Shown piece by piece: positions 20,569-29,236 of a stretch of 64,000 nt of DNA (position 1 is the stretch's first letter; every line of letters starts with the position of its first letter). The position numbers were made by a program, and so were the translations under genes. The notes below the pieces were generated by a model, which made no database searches, was not told the origin of the DNA, and saw only the letters and a list, made by a program, of their open reading frames with translations. This stretch comes from Minisyncoccia bacterium (lineage in GTDB: Bacteria; Patescibacteriota; Minisyncoccia; Phycocordibacterales; UBA9973), in NCBI GenBank assembly GCA_038244685.1, contig JBBRTD010000002.1, positions 2,924 to 66,923 of the forward strand. Reading direction: 5' to 3'.

Positions 20569-20574
20569 TGCAAT

Positions 20575-21606
20575 ATGTATAAACTTGAAGAATATGTGGA
20601 TATTAAAGAGTACTCAACCCTAAAAGTTGGAGGAAAATTCCGCTACTTTGCAAAAGTTTCCTCTATAGAAGATATTATGATTATTTGCTCCATAGCCAAG
20701 AAGGATAAAAATAAGATTCTTATTTTGGGTGGGGGCTCTAATGTTGTTTTTTCGGATAGAATTTTAGATTTAATTGCTATAAAAATTGAGATCAAAGGCT
20801 TTAATATTATAAGGGAGGTCTCAGATTACTTAGATATAAAAGTAGGAGCAGGTGAGATTTGGGATAAAATAGTTGAAAAAACTGTAGATATGAATCTTTC
20901 TGGTCTTGAATCTCTGTCGGCAATTCCAGGTACGGTAGGAGCAAGCCCCGTGCAAAATATTGGAGCTTATGGTTCTGAAGTAAAAGATACGATTTTAGAA
21001 GTTGAAGTATTTGATATAGACAAAGGAACAATAAAAAATTTTACAAACGAAGAGTGTAAATTTGGATATAGAGATAGTGTTTTTAAAAATGATGCAAAAG
21101 GAAAATATATTATAACTGCTGTGACCTTCAGATTAGAAAAAAGGCTAGAGAAAAATTCTAAAGCTCTTAATTATCCAGGTGTTTTAAAATTTTTTGAAAA
21201 GAAAGGAGTATCTAATCCTGATTTAAGGCAAATTAGGGAGGCGATAATTAGTATTCGTAGCGAAAAGTTACCAAATCCAAAAGTATTACCTAATGTTGGG
21301 TCATTTTTTAAAAACCCAATAGTTTTAAACGAAGTAGCATATAAAATATTAGAAGAATTTCCTAATGCTAAATTTTTCCCATTAAAAGATGATCTCACAA
21401 AAATTCCGGCTGGTTGGCTTATAGAGAATGCTGGATTAAAAGGCGAGTCCTTTGGAAATGTTTCAGTGTATGACAAGAATGCTCTTGTCCTGATTAATAC
21501 AGACAATGCAACTTTTGAAGACATAATTTCTGCCCGTGATGAGATAATAAAAAAAGTGTTTGATAAATTTGGAATTATACTAGAGCAAGAACCAGAAGTA
21601 GTCTAA
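20575..21606 (+). CDS. murB: UDP-N-acetylenolpyruvoylglucosamine reductase
   Basis: LGGGSN, IPGTVGASPVQNIGAYG, FGYRDS, GSFFKNP and LEQEP motifs. Confidence 0.96.
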   Translation: MYKLEEYVDIKEYSTLKVGGKFRYFAKVSSIEDIMIICSIAKKDKNKILILGGGSNVVFSDRILDLIAIKIEIKGFNIIREVSDYLDIKVGAGEIWDKIVEKTVDMNLSGLESLSAIPGTVGASPVQNIGAYGSEVKDTILEVEVFDIDKGTIKNFTNEECKFGYRDSVFKNDAKGKYIITAVTFRLEKRLEKNSKALNYPGVLKFFEKKGVSNPDLRQIREAIISIRSEKLPNPKVLPNVGSFFKNPIVLNEVAYKILEEFPNAKFFPLKDDLTKIPAGWLIENAGLKGESFGNVSVYDKNALVLINTDNATFEDIISARDEIIKKVFDKFGIILEQEPEVV

Positions 21607-21696
21607 TTGATTTTATACGGATTTCTAGTATACTATTCCTATTACATTGTCGGAGTGGCAATGGAATATTTTTAAAACACTAAGTGTGTTTTTGTT

Positions 21697-21778
21697 GCCG
21701 GAGTGGCGGAATTGGTATACGCGCGCGACTCAAAATCGCGTCTCGCAAGGGATGGAGGTTCAAGTCCTCTCTCCGGCA
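21697..21778 (+). tRNA. tRNA-Leu(CAA)
   Basis: GCCGGAG...CTCCGGC-A, anticodon arm CGCGA-CTCAAAA-TCGCG, long variable arm. Confidence 0.95.
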
Positions 21779-21779
21779 C

Positions 21780-22913
21780 ATGCAGAATAAATCACTTTCT
21801 TATATAGAAATTTCAGAAGGTAACTTAATAAATAATATCAAGCAATTTAGAAGTTTATTGAAGAATAAAACTAAAATTGCCGCAGTTATAAAAGCTAATG
21901 CTTATGGTCATGGGGATAAGACTGTAGCAAAAATTGCGAGTCCTTATGTGGATTATTTCCAGGTAGATAGTATCGAAGAAGCAGAAAGGGTAAGAAGTAT
22001 TAGCAAAAAGCCAATCCTTATTTTTGGTTATTTAAACGATGACGGAGTAAGGAGATCTGTGAAAATCAATGCAATAATTTGCGCTTTCGATTTAATTAAT
22101 CTTTTAAAAATTAATCATACCGCGAAAATTTTAAAGAAAAAAATAAAAGTTCACTTGGCAATCGATTCATATTTAGGGAGAGAGGGTATAATGCCTAATC
22201 AAGTAGAGATAATAATAAATGAAATTAAAAATCTAGAAAATATAATCTTAGATGGTGTGTATTCTCACTTTGCGAATATTGAAGATACCATGAATTCAAC
22301 TCATGCCAATAGGCAAATTGAAGTTTATCACAACTGCGTTGAACTATTTAGAAAAAATGGTTTTGCAAATATTAATACTCATATCTCAGCGACTTCTGGT
22401 ATTCTTGTCTATGAAAAAGGTGAAAATTTGCATAATATTGTACGTCTTGGTATTGGACTTTATGGCATGTGGCCAAGTGAACATTTAGAGTACTTGAATA
22501 AAAAGAAAATAAATTTAAAGCCAATATTAAAATGGGTGACTCACGTAGCGCAAGTAAAGATAATTCCAGCCAATCATCCAATAGGATATGGGCTTACCTA
22601 TATTACAAAAAAGGTCACAAAAATAGCAGTTATACCCCAAGGTTACTTCGATGGATTAACTCGCTCTCTTTCAAATAACGGAGAATTTTTAATAAGAGGC
22701 AAAAAATCAAAGATATTAGGTAGAGTTGCTATGAATATGACTGTAGTTGATGTATCTCACATTAAAGGTGTTTTGCCTGATGATGAAGTTGTAATTATTG
22801 GTATACAGGGTAAGTCTAAAATTACGGCAGAAGAAGTTGCAAAAAGGTCAGATACAATAAACTATGAAATCACTACGAAAATAAGCGCCTTATTGCCTAG
22901 GGTTATAGTGTAA
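21780..22913 (+). CDS. alr: Alanine racemase (start at 21780, not 21684)
   Basis: AVIKANAYGHG PLP-lysine motif, SHFA, VRLGIGLYG, GRVAMN and TINYE. The longer ORF call runs through the tRNA. Confidence 0.95.
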   Translation: MQNKSLSYIEISEGNLINNIKQFRSLLKNKTKIAAVIKANAYGHGDKTVAKIASPYVDYFQVDSIEEAERVRSISKKPILIFGYLNDDGVRRSVKINAIICAFDLINLLKINHTAKILKKKIKVHLAIDSYLGREGIMPNQVEIIINEIKNLENIILDGVYSHFANIEDTMNSTHANRQIEVYHNCVELFRKNGFANINTHISATSGILVYEKGENLHNIVRLGIGLYGMWPSEHLEYLNKKKINLKPILKWVTHVAQVKIIPANHPIGYGLTYITKKVTKIAVIPQGYFDGLTRSLSNNGEFLIRGKKSKILGRVAMNMTVVDVSHIKGVLPDDEVVIIGIQGKSKITAEEVAKRSDTINYEITTKISALLPRVIV

Positions 22914-23001
22914 TTTCTCTAATTTTGGTCTGGTGTATTGTGGTATATAACTATATCTAATATATTTGCATTTTAAAGTGTTTTATAGTATTGTATACAT
23001 T

Positions 23002-23160
23002 ATGTCACAAGATAGACTTTTCAAATTGGGCTGTACTAAATGTAAACGCATTAACTACTGGTCAAGTAAGAACAAAAAACTCGTCACTAAAAAGATTGAG
23101 CTTAAAAAGTATTGTAAATGGTGTAAAGTTAATACTAAACACAAAGAAATGAAGAAATAA
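23002..23160 (+). CDS. rpmG: 50S ribosomal protein L33 (Zn-ribbon type)
   Basis: CTKC...NY...KNKK...LKKYCKWC...H; start at ATG 23002. Confidence 0.95.
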   Translation: MSQDRLFKLGCTKCKRINYWSSKNKKLVTKKIELKKYCKWCKVNTKHKEMKK

Positions 23161-23187
23161 AAAATCCCCAACTGGGGATTTTTTATT
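23156..23187 (+). terminator. Intrinsic terminator after rpmG
   Basis: AAAATCCCCA-AC-TGGGGATTTT followed by a T tract. Confidence 0.8.
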
Positions 23188-23216
23188 TTATATGCTATAG
23201 TGTATACGTTATTTAA

Positions 23217-23287
23217 GGGCGATTAGTTTAGTGGTAGAACGAAAGTTTCCAAAACTTTTGGTGGGGGTTCGATTCCTCCATCGCCCG
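23217..23287 (+). tRNA. tRNA-Trp(CCA)
   Basis: GGGCGAT...ATCGCCC-G, anticodon arm AAAGT-TTCCAAA-ACTTT, T-loop TTCGATT. Confidence 0.93.
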
Positions 23288-23488
23288 CATTAGAAAAACA
23301 GCGTAAGCTGTTTTTCTGGGCGATAGCACATGAACTGCTTCATGTGTGCGGAGAAAGCGAAAGACTTTTCTGTGATTTGTTTACAAATCAAGAAAAGTAC
23401 CTGACGATGTAATCGGAGATAAGTGTACTCACGGTCCTCCATTATATGTCTGACCGAAAGTGTAATCACGTTTCCTCCATCGCCCGCA
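23288..23488 (+). repeat. Structured tRNA-3'-associated element with inverted and direct copies of the tRNA-Trp 3' end
   Basis: 17-bp direct repeat at 23273-23289 and 23472-23488; interrupted inverted copy at 23318-23324 plus 23350-23361; three hairpins. Confidence 0.8.
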
Positions 23489-23526
23489 AATTTTAAAAAA
23501 TATATATAGTAGAGTATACTTAAATT

Positions 23527-24093
23527 ATGAATAAGCTATATCTTATAGGAGGGTCTCCTCGTTGTGGAAAAACTACAATTTTTAATTCTTTTATAAACAA
23601 AAAACCAATGATTGCGATTCCAACTGATGCGATTAGGGCTGGAGTACGATTTTTAAACAAACACAGCCGTATTAACTTTTCTGAAGATGAGATTGAAAAT
23701 AATTTGCCTTGGGAAATGGTGGTAGGGTTAATTCATCGGTATGACCATAAAAATATTCCACTTATAGTTGAAGGTGTTGTAATTACTCCAGAGCGAGTCA
23801 AAAACTTAAAGCTAAAGAATCTTGAATTAAGAGTAGTATTTGTGGGTTTTACTGGAGACTCTCATATAGAAAAAATAATAAAACATGGGCAAATTGAGAA
23901 AGATTGGGTTTACGACCATATAACAAAGGAGAATGGAAATGACACAGAAATAAGAAAAATGTTCAAAAATATTCAAGAAGAAAACAAACTCGTTAAAGAA
24001 AAAGCTGATGAGTATGGTTATAGTTTCTTCTCTCCTGAGAATCTATCTTTTGATGTATATTGCAATTCAGTTGTGGAATACCTTTTAAATTAA
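23527..24093 (+). CDS. P-loop NTPase/kinase (2-phosphoglycerate-kinase-like)
   Basis: LIGGSPRCGKTT, TDAIR and LIVEG motifs. Confidence 0.7.
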   Translation: MNKLYLIGGSPRCGKTTIFNSFINKKPMIAIPTDAIRAGVRFLNKHSRINFSEDEIENNLPWEMVVGLIHRYDHKNIPLIVEGVVITPERVKNLKLKNLELRVVFVGFTGDSHIEKIIKHGQIEKDWVYDHITKENGNDTEIRKMFKNIQEENKLVKEKADEYGYSFFSPENLSFDVYCNSVVEYLLN

Positions 24094-24114
24094 AAATTGG
24101 TATTTTAAACATTA

Positions 24115-25035
24115 TTATTTCAAAAATTTATCTATCTCTTTTTGTGCCATAGCTTTTTCGCTTTTATTTGTTGGATCTATCCAAATAGTATTTAAATCAC
24201 GTTTAAACCATGTCTTTTGACGCTTAGCGAAGTGCCAAATTTCTGTGTATAATTTTTCTATCATTTCATCTTTACTAATTTTTTTTTGTAAATAAAGTGA
24301 TACATATCTATACTCAAGCCCGAAACTATTTAATCTTTTCCAAGATATGCCACTTGTATGTAAATTCTCTACTTCTTTAAACATTCCTTTTTTAATTCGA
24401 GAAAGGAGGCGAGTCTTAATTCTTTCTTTTAATATTTCTGGCTGGAGAGATAAACCAATCTTTAAGAAAGATGCAGACGTACAACCTTGAACGTCCTTGT
24501 TGGACGTCTGCTGATTTCGAATTAAAGGAACTTTGCCTAATGCTTTTACAATTTCTATTGCACGAATTAATCGTACTCTATTTTTCGAATCGATATTTAA
24601 AGCTCTATCGCTATCTAGTTTTTTAAGCATTTCAAATAGAGTTTCTGTGGTCTCTTTTTCAAGTTTTTCTCTTAATTCTTTATTTGGAAGAACTTCAGGT
24701 AGAATAGTTCCGTTTATTAATGTATCGATATAAAAGCCAGTTCCTCCACATATAATAGGGGTTTTATTTCTCTTAATTATTTCATCAATTTTTTTATTAG
24801 CTTTCTTTTGGAAATCACTAACAGTAAATACTCTAGATGGGGAAGTAATATCAAGTAGGTAGTGGGGGATACTATGCATTTCTTTTTTTGTAATCTTGCC
24901 TGTACCCAAATCCATTCCTTTGTAGACCTGTCTTGAGTCCGCAGATATAATTTCACCGTCTATAAGTTTAGCTATTTCAACAGCGAAGTCACTTTTGCCT
25001 GTTGATGTTTGCCCTAGGATGACTATTATTTTCAT
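24115..25035 (-). CDS. miaA: tRNA dimethylallyltransferase
   Basis: GQTSTGKS, ISADSRQVY, GGTGFY and AKRQKTWF motifs. Start at 25035 (-10 box 7 nt upstream). Contains an in-frame palindromic insert. Confidence 0.96.
   Translation of the reverse strand: MKIIVILGQTSTGKSDFAVEIAKLIDGEIISADSRQVYKGMDLGTGKITKKEMHSIPHYLLDITSPSRVFTVSDFQKKANKKIDEIIKRNKTPIICGGTGFYIDTLINGTILPEVLPNKELREKLEKETTETLFEMLKKLDSDRALNIDSKNRVRLIRAIEIVKALGKVPLIRNQQTSNKDVQGCTSASFLKIGLSLQPEILKERIKTRLLSRIKKGMFKEVENLHTSGISWKRLNSFGLEYRYVSLYLQKKISKDEMIEKLYTEIWHFAKRQKTWFKRDLNTIWIDPTNKSEKAMAQKEIDKFLK
24473..24511. repeat. 39-bp palindromic element inside miaA
   Basis: GCAGACGTACAAC-N13-GTTGGACGTCTGC; the same 11-bp arms occur at 44276-44310. 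Confidence 0.8.
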
Positions 25036-25073
25036 ATTTCGCATTTTAGCATATTTTATGTTAAAATGCCGAC

Positions 25074-25376
25074 ATGGGATTCAAATCATATATAACAAAA
25101 AAAGCTCTTCAAATGAAGGGAATGTCTGCTGAACAAGCAGAGAAAATAACAAAACAGCTTGAAGAAAATCCAGATCTTGCTGAGAGTTTAAAGGCTCTCG
25201 AAGCAAATAAAGAAGTTAAAGAACTTTTTGAAAAAATTACGAAAGAGATAGAAGAAAAGAAAAAAGCAGGTACAGCAGAGCAGTATGCGGCTGTTCTTGT
25301 TATGGGTAAATATAAGGCTGAGATAATGAAGCACCGTGAAGCCTTAGCTCCACTCATGAGTTTAATGCAGAAATAG
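25074..25376 (+). CDS. Hypothetical helical protein
   Basis: 100-aa ORF with a -10 box 6 nt upstream. Confidence 0.7.
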   Translation: MGFKSYITKKALQMKGMSAEQAEKITKQLEENPDLAESLKALEANKEVKELFEKITKEIEEKKKAGTAEQYAAVLVMGKYKAEIMKHREALAPLMSLMQK

Positions 25377-25387
25377 TTTTAAGTTTT

Positions 25388-25909
25388 ATGTACAGAAAGT
25401 TTAAGCATAAAATTATCACAGTTTCTGACAAAATGCAGAAGGGCTATAAGTATGAAATTACAGAGCCCTTTGGTAAAAACTTTCAAAAAGATTTCCGTCC
25501 AGACTTAACTCCTAAGCAAATGCTTGCTCTTGGAGTTTTTGGTGGTAAGTATATGACAGATTGTAAAGATGAATTTCCAAAAGATTGGTTTACAAAAGCT
25601 AAACTTTGCTCCGAAATTCATGATCCTAAATTAAATTATTTTGGTGTAAATGCGAGTTCTTCACTTGCAGTTTGGAGGAAGAATGGCTGGATTTACAAAG
25701 AAGACCCTCGAGGGTGGTTTCAGTGGTATTGTCGATATTATATGGGAAGAAGGTTAAAAGAAGAAGATATTAGACAAATAAAAAGATGGCGTGCTATTAC
25801 TCGCCATATTGTTCAGATAACTTTAAATTGTAAGCCTGGAGATTTAACTTGCCGGCGAAAACAAAGACAAGCTGTCCTTCATTGGGCCTATGATAGTCGA
25901 AAAATTTAA
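25388..25909 (+). CDS. Conserved hypothetical protein
   Basis: PDLTPKQML.LGVFGGKY, DPRGWFQWYCRYYMGRR and RQAVLHWAYD motifs; function unknown to me. Confidence 0.75.
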   Translation: MYRKFKHKIITVSDKMQKGYKYEITEPFGKNFQKDFRPDLTPKQMLALGVFGGKYMTDCKDEFPKDWFTKAKLCSEIHDPKLNYFGVNASSSLAVWRKNGWIYKEDPRGWFQWYCRYYMGRRLKEEDIRQIKRWRAITRHIVQITLNCKPGDLTCRRKQRQAVLHWAYDSRKI

Positions 25910-25927
25910 ATTTGTTATAATCAATTT

Positions 25928-26326
25928 ATGAATAATACTACTTCTTGGTTTGAACAACTTAAAAAGCCATCATGGGCACCACCATCTTATCTTTTTGGTC
26001 CAGTTTGGACAGTTCTTTATATTGTTATTGCTATCTCTTTTGGTTCAGTTTTTTATAAAGTATTTAACAAACAATTACCAATTATAATAGCTTTGCCTTT
26101 TATTCTAAATTTGATTTTCAATTTTTCTTTTACTTATTTTCAATTTGGTATAAAAAATAATGTTTTAGCCGCAATAGATATAACTTTAGTTTTAGTTACT
26201 TTAGTATGGGCCATGATTGCTATCTATCCATATTTTAGATGGATTGCCCTTGTAAATATACCGTATCTGCTTTGGGTTTGCTTTGCAACAGTACTTCAGT
26301 TTACAATTACGTACTTAAATAGGTAA
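25928..26326 (+). CDS. tspO: TspO/MBR-family tryptophan-rich sensory protein
   Basis: LKKPSWAPP..FGPVWTVLY and PYLLWVCFAT motifs. Confidence 0.92.
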   Translation: MNNTTSWFEQLKKPSWAPPSYLFGPVWTVLYIVIAISFGSVFYKVFNKQLPIIIALPFILNLIFNFSFTYFQFGIKNNVLAAIDITLVLVTLVWAMIAIYPYFRWIALVNIPYLLWVCFATVLQFTITYLNR

Positions 26327-26332
26327 TTACAT

Positions 26333-26365
26333 AAAAAACAGCCCCGCAATAGCAGGGCTTTTTTT
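26333..26365. terminator. Bidirectional terminator
   Basis: AGCCCCGC...GCAGGGCT stem flanked by A and T tracts between convergent genes. Confidence 0.65.
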
Positions 26366-27038
26366 ATTTTGTTAGAACAATAACCTTAAGGCATTGTTCT
26401 CTTGTACCTTTTGGGTAAAAGTAGTTTTCTTCATCATTGCTTCCACCACCACCGCTAGCAGATTCTCCTTTTTTATTTCTGTATGTATATACAAAAGAAT
26501 CGGAGTCTGCTAACACTTTGGATACATTTTCTGGCACACTTAGTGTACTAATGCCTTCATTGTAGAAGACACAGATTTTAAGTGGAATTCCAAACTTAAG
26601 AGACCTCTTACTTTGGTAGGGATCTATATCTTTCGACATAAAAACGTAACCATCATATTTCGGTGCATTGTTTAAGTTTGGAAAGCTTTTTCTGAATTTG
26701 TAGACGAATACAAGAATTCTTCTTATTTCTACTTCGCTAAACATATTTGCTTCATATTGTTGTAAATCTGAAGTGATATATTTAGTTTTCAGTAGAATGT
26801 ATCTGAATTCATTTTTAAAATTAATAGGAACCAACCAAGAGGTTGAATCTTCTATTAATTCCTTTTCGCCGTACAGAATAGGAATCTCCTCAATCCCTGC
26901 TTCTTTACATGAGATAAACTTTTGCCCTAAAATTCTTTGGGCTTTTTCATTTGTCACACCTTGTCCGTGTGTTGCCTTCATTAGTAACAATAGAGCTGCT
27001 GCTAATATTAATGCAAATATAAAATTTTTTCTCCTCAT
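26364..27038 (-). CDS. Hypothetical secreted protein
   Basis: Signal-peptide-like N-terminus; consensus promoter upstream. Confidence 0.65.
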   Translation of the reverse strand: MRRKNFIFALILAAALLLLMKATHGQGVTNEKAQRILGQKFISCKEAGIEEIPILYGEKELIEDSTSWLVPINFKNEFRYILLKTKYITSDLQQYEANMFSEVEIRRILVFVYKFRKSFPNLNNAPKYDGYVFMSKDIDPYQSKRSLKFGIPLKICVFYNEGISTLSVPENVSKVLADSDSFVYTYRNKKGESASGGGGSNDEENYFYPKGTREQCLKVIVLTK

Positions 27039-27091
27039 AACCTTATGCCGCTCTTAACGGACCTTTTTAATGTACAATTTAATTTTTGTTG

Positions 27092-27120
27092 ATTCTAGCA
27101 CAGATATACATATTTGTCAA
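27092..27120 (-). promoter_or_regulatory. Sigma70-type promoter
   Basis: TTGACA-17 nt-TAGAAT with an extended TG. Confidence 0.7.
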
Positions 27121-27283
27121 AGTTAAATTTGCAAATTACTAAAGTCTTTTTGCATGTTAATTGGTATATATTAATTTATATATAATAGTAAATATTATTG
27201 ATTTATAATCATATTGTAGTCAATTATTAATTTATGTTAATAAACCACCTTGTGTTATATTTGTGGCTTGTTATCATTTAGAT

Positions 27284-27958
27284 ATGAGGGTCTTAATTAT
27301 CGAAGATGAAGAAATTTTGGCCAAGCTCGTTAAGAAAAGTCTTGAAAGTGAAGGATACGCAGTAGATTGCTTAACCGACGGAGAGTCTGGTCAAGATAGG
27401 ATTGAGTCGAGTCATAAGGACTACGACTTAATTATCATTGATTTAATGCTTCCTAAAAAATCAGGGAGTGAAGTGTGTTTTGAAGTAAGAAAATTAGGAA
27501 TCTCCACTCCTATATTAATACTTACTGCCAAGGTCGGAGTAGAGAGTAAGGTATCGCTACTTGATACTGGAGCTGATGATTATATGCAGAAGCCATTTGA
27601 GCTGTCTGAATTATTCGCTCGAATTAGAGCGTTAACTCGTAGACCTAGCATTGCTATTCCAAACGAACTCAAGGTGGGGAATCTTACTTTATCTTCAAGT
27701 ACAAAAAAAGTATTTAAAAATAAAAAAGAAATTACTCTAACTTTAAAAGAATTTAGACTTCTTGAATATTTAATGCGGCACCCTAATCGAGTCATCGAAA
27801 GGGTAGATTTGTCTGATAATATATGGGATTTTGATTACGATTCATTATCAAATATTATCGATGTATATATAAATAGATTAAGAGATAAGCTTGATAAAGA
27901 TAGAAAGAAAAAGCTGATTGAGACAGTTCGTGGCGTTGGTTATAAATTAAAAATTTAA
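27284..27958 (+). CDS. OmpR/PhoB-family response regulator
   Basis: MRVLIIEDE, DLMLP, GADDYMQKPF and IETVRGVGY motifs; start at 27284. Confidence 0.95.
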   Translation: MRVLIIEDEEILAKLVKKSLESEGYAVDCLTDGESGQDRIESSHKDYDLIIIDLMLPKKSGSEVCFEVRKLGISTPILILTAKVGVESKVSLLDTGADDYMQKPFELSELFARIRALTRRPSIAIPNELKVGNLTLSSSTKKVFKNKKEITLTLKEFRLLEYLMRHPNRVIERVDLSDNIWDFDYDSLSNIIDVYINRLRDKLDKDRKKKLIETVRGVGYKLKI

Positions 27959-29091
27959 TTTTTCGGGATAGAAATAAAGAATGTAGTACCTTTATTTTCT
28001 TCAGATTTAAATGATATTTTATAGTTACTTTGTTCGATTAAATTTTTAACAAAATAAAGCCCGAGTCCTGAACCTTCAGTTTTAATGCTGAATACATTAT
28101 TAGCTCTGAATAGTTTTGTGAATATTTTAGGTTGATCTTTTTTAGGGATGCCGATACCATTATCTTTTATTTTTATAATTACATTCTTTTTGTTTTCTTC
28201 CACTCCAAATATTATTCCGCTACCTTTTGGTGAATATTTAATTGCATTTAGTAACAGGTTTTCTAGAATTATCTTCATAATCTTTCTATCTAAATTAATG
28301 ACAGGGAGATTTTTTTTGTAATCCTTTTTAAGGGAGATCTTTTTGTTTTTTAAATTGGCTTGCACCTCATGAATACTCTTCTCTATTATATCGAATAATT
28401 TAGTTGGTTCTTTGATTATGTGGAATCTGCCCATTTCTATTTGAGAAAAATCTAATATTTTCTCTATCATTTCTGCCATATCTTTTATTTCCATAAATAT
28501 GGTTTTTAAGTACTTCTTATTTTCTTTAGAAACGTCACCGACTATACCTCTTAGGAGCATCTCTGAGGCAAGTGAAATAGTAGAAAGTGGAGTTCTTAGT
28601 TCATGGGCTGCAAGAGAAATAAATTCATTCTTGGCCTTGTCTATTTCTTTTTCTTTTGTTATATCTTTTTCTATTGCTACAAAAAATTGAATCTCGCCGT
28701 TATTATCTAGCATTGGTGAAACTTTTATTTCAGCTTCATATAATTCTCCATTTTTTCTTTGGTTGGTTATTTTTCCGATAAAAATACTCTTTTTTTCTTT
28801 TATTGTATTCCAAAAATTTTCATAAAAAATCGATGGCATTTGTTTGCCCCATAGGGTTGGTGTCTTACCTATTATCTCTTCGTTTGTAAAGCCTGTAATC
28901 TTTTCTGAAGATTTATTAGCATATAATATATGTCCATTATTATCTGTGATTATAATGTGTGAAAAATCATTGTCTATAACAGAACGAAGCAATTTTAAAT
29001 CTCCATCTAAATTGTCTAATTTTCCGAAAGTGTCTGGGTTTCTAGATAAAGGTATATTTATAATGTCCTGTTTTATATTAATTTTTTTCAT
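27955..29091 (-). CDS. Cytoplasmic PAS-domain sensor histidine kinase
   Basis: PAS/PAC domain, AHELRTPL, ENLLLNAIKYS, DNGIGI and GSGLGL; no TM. Convergent with the regulator, 4-nt overlap. Confidence 0.93.
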   Translation of the reverse strand: MKKINIKQDIINIPLSRNPDTFGKLDNLDGDLKLLRSVIDNDFSHIIITDNNGHILYANKSSEKITGFTNEEIIGKTPTLWGKQMPSIFYENFWNTIKEKKSIFIGKITNQRKNGELYEAEIKVSPMLDNNGEIQFFVAIEKDITKEKEIDKAKNEFISLAAHELRTPLSTISLASEMLLRGIVGDVSKENKKYLKTIFMEIKDMAEMIEKILDFSQIEMGRFHIIKEPTKLFDIIEKSIHEVQANLKNKKISLKKDYKKNLPVINLDRKIMKIILENLLLNAIKYSPKGSGIIFGVEENKKNVIIKIKDNGIGIPKKDQPKIFTKLFRANNVFSIKTEGSGLGLYFVKNLIEQSNYKISFKSEENKGTTFFISIPKN

Positions 29092-29236
29092 ACAGATTTA
29101 TTATATTTAACTTATTAATATTAATACTTTAATTAAAAATAATCCATAGCGCTATTAATCTTAAATTTAACTTTGATTGTTATCCTTACTGTCCCAGATG
29201 ATTATATCTTATTAGTTGAATTAAATATTAAAAATT

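Noticed and set aside
21684-21779. N-terminal extension of Alr in the ORF track
   Set aside because: It is translation through tRNA-Leu; Alr similarity begins at 21780.
23527-24093. Cargo of a tRNA-Trp-integrated prophage or island
   Set aside because: The duplicated tRNA end closes at 23488, before this gene, and no integrase or phage genes follow.
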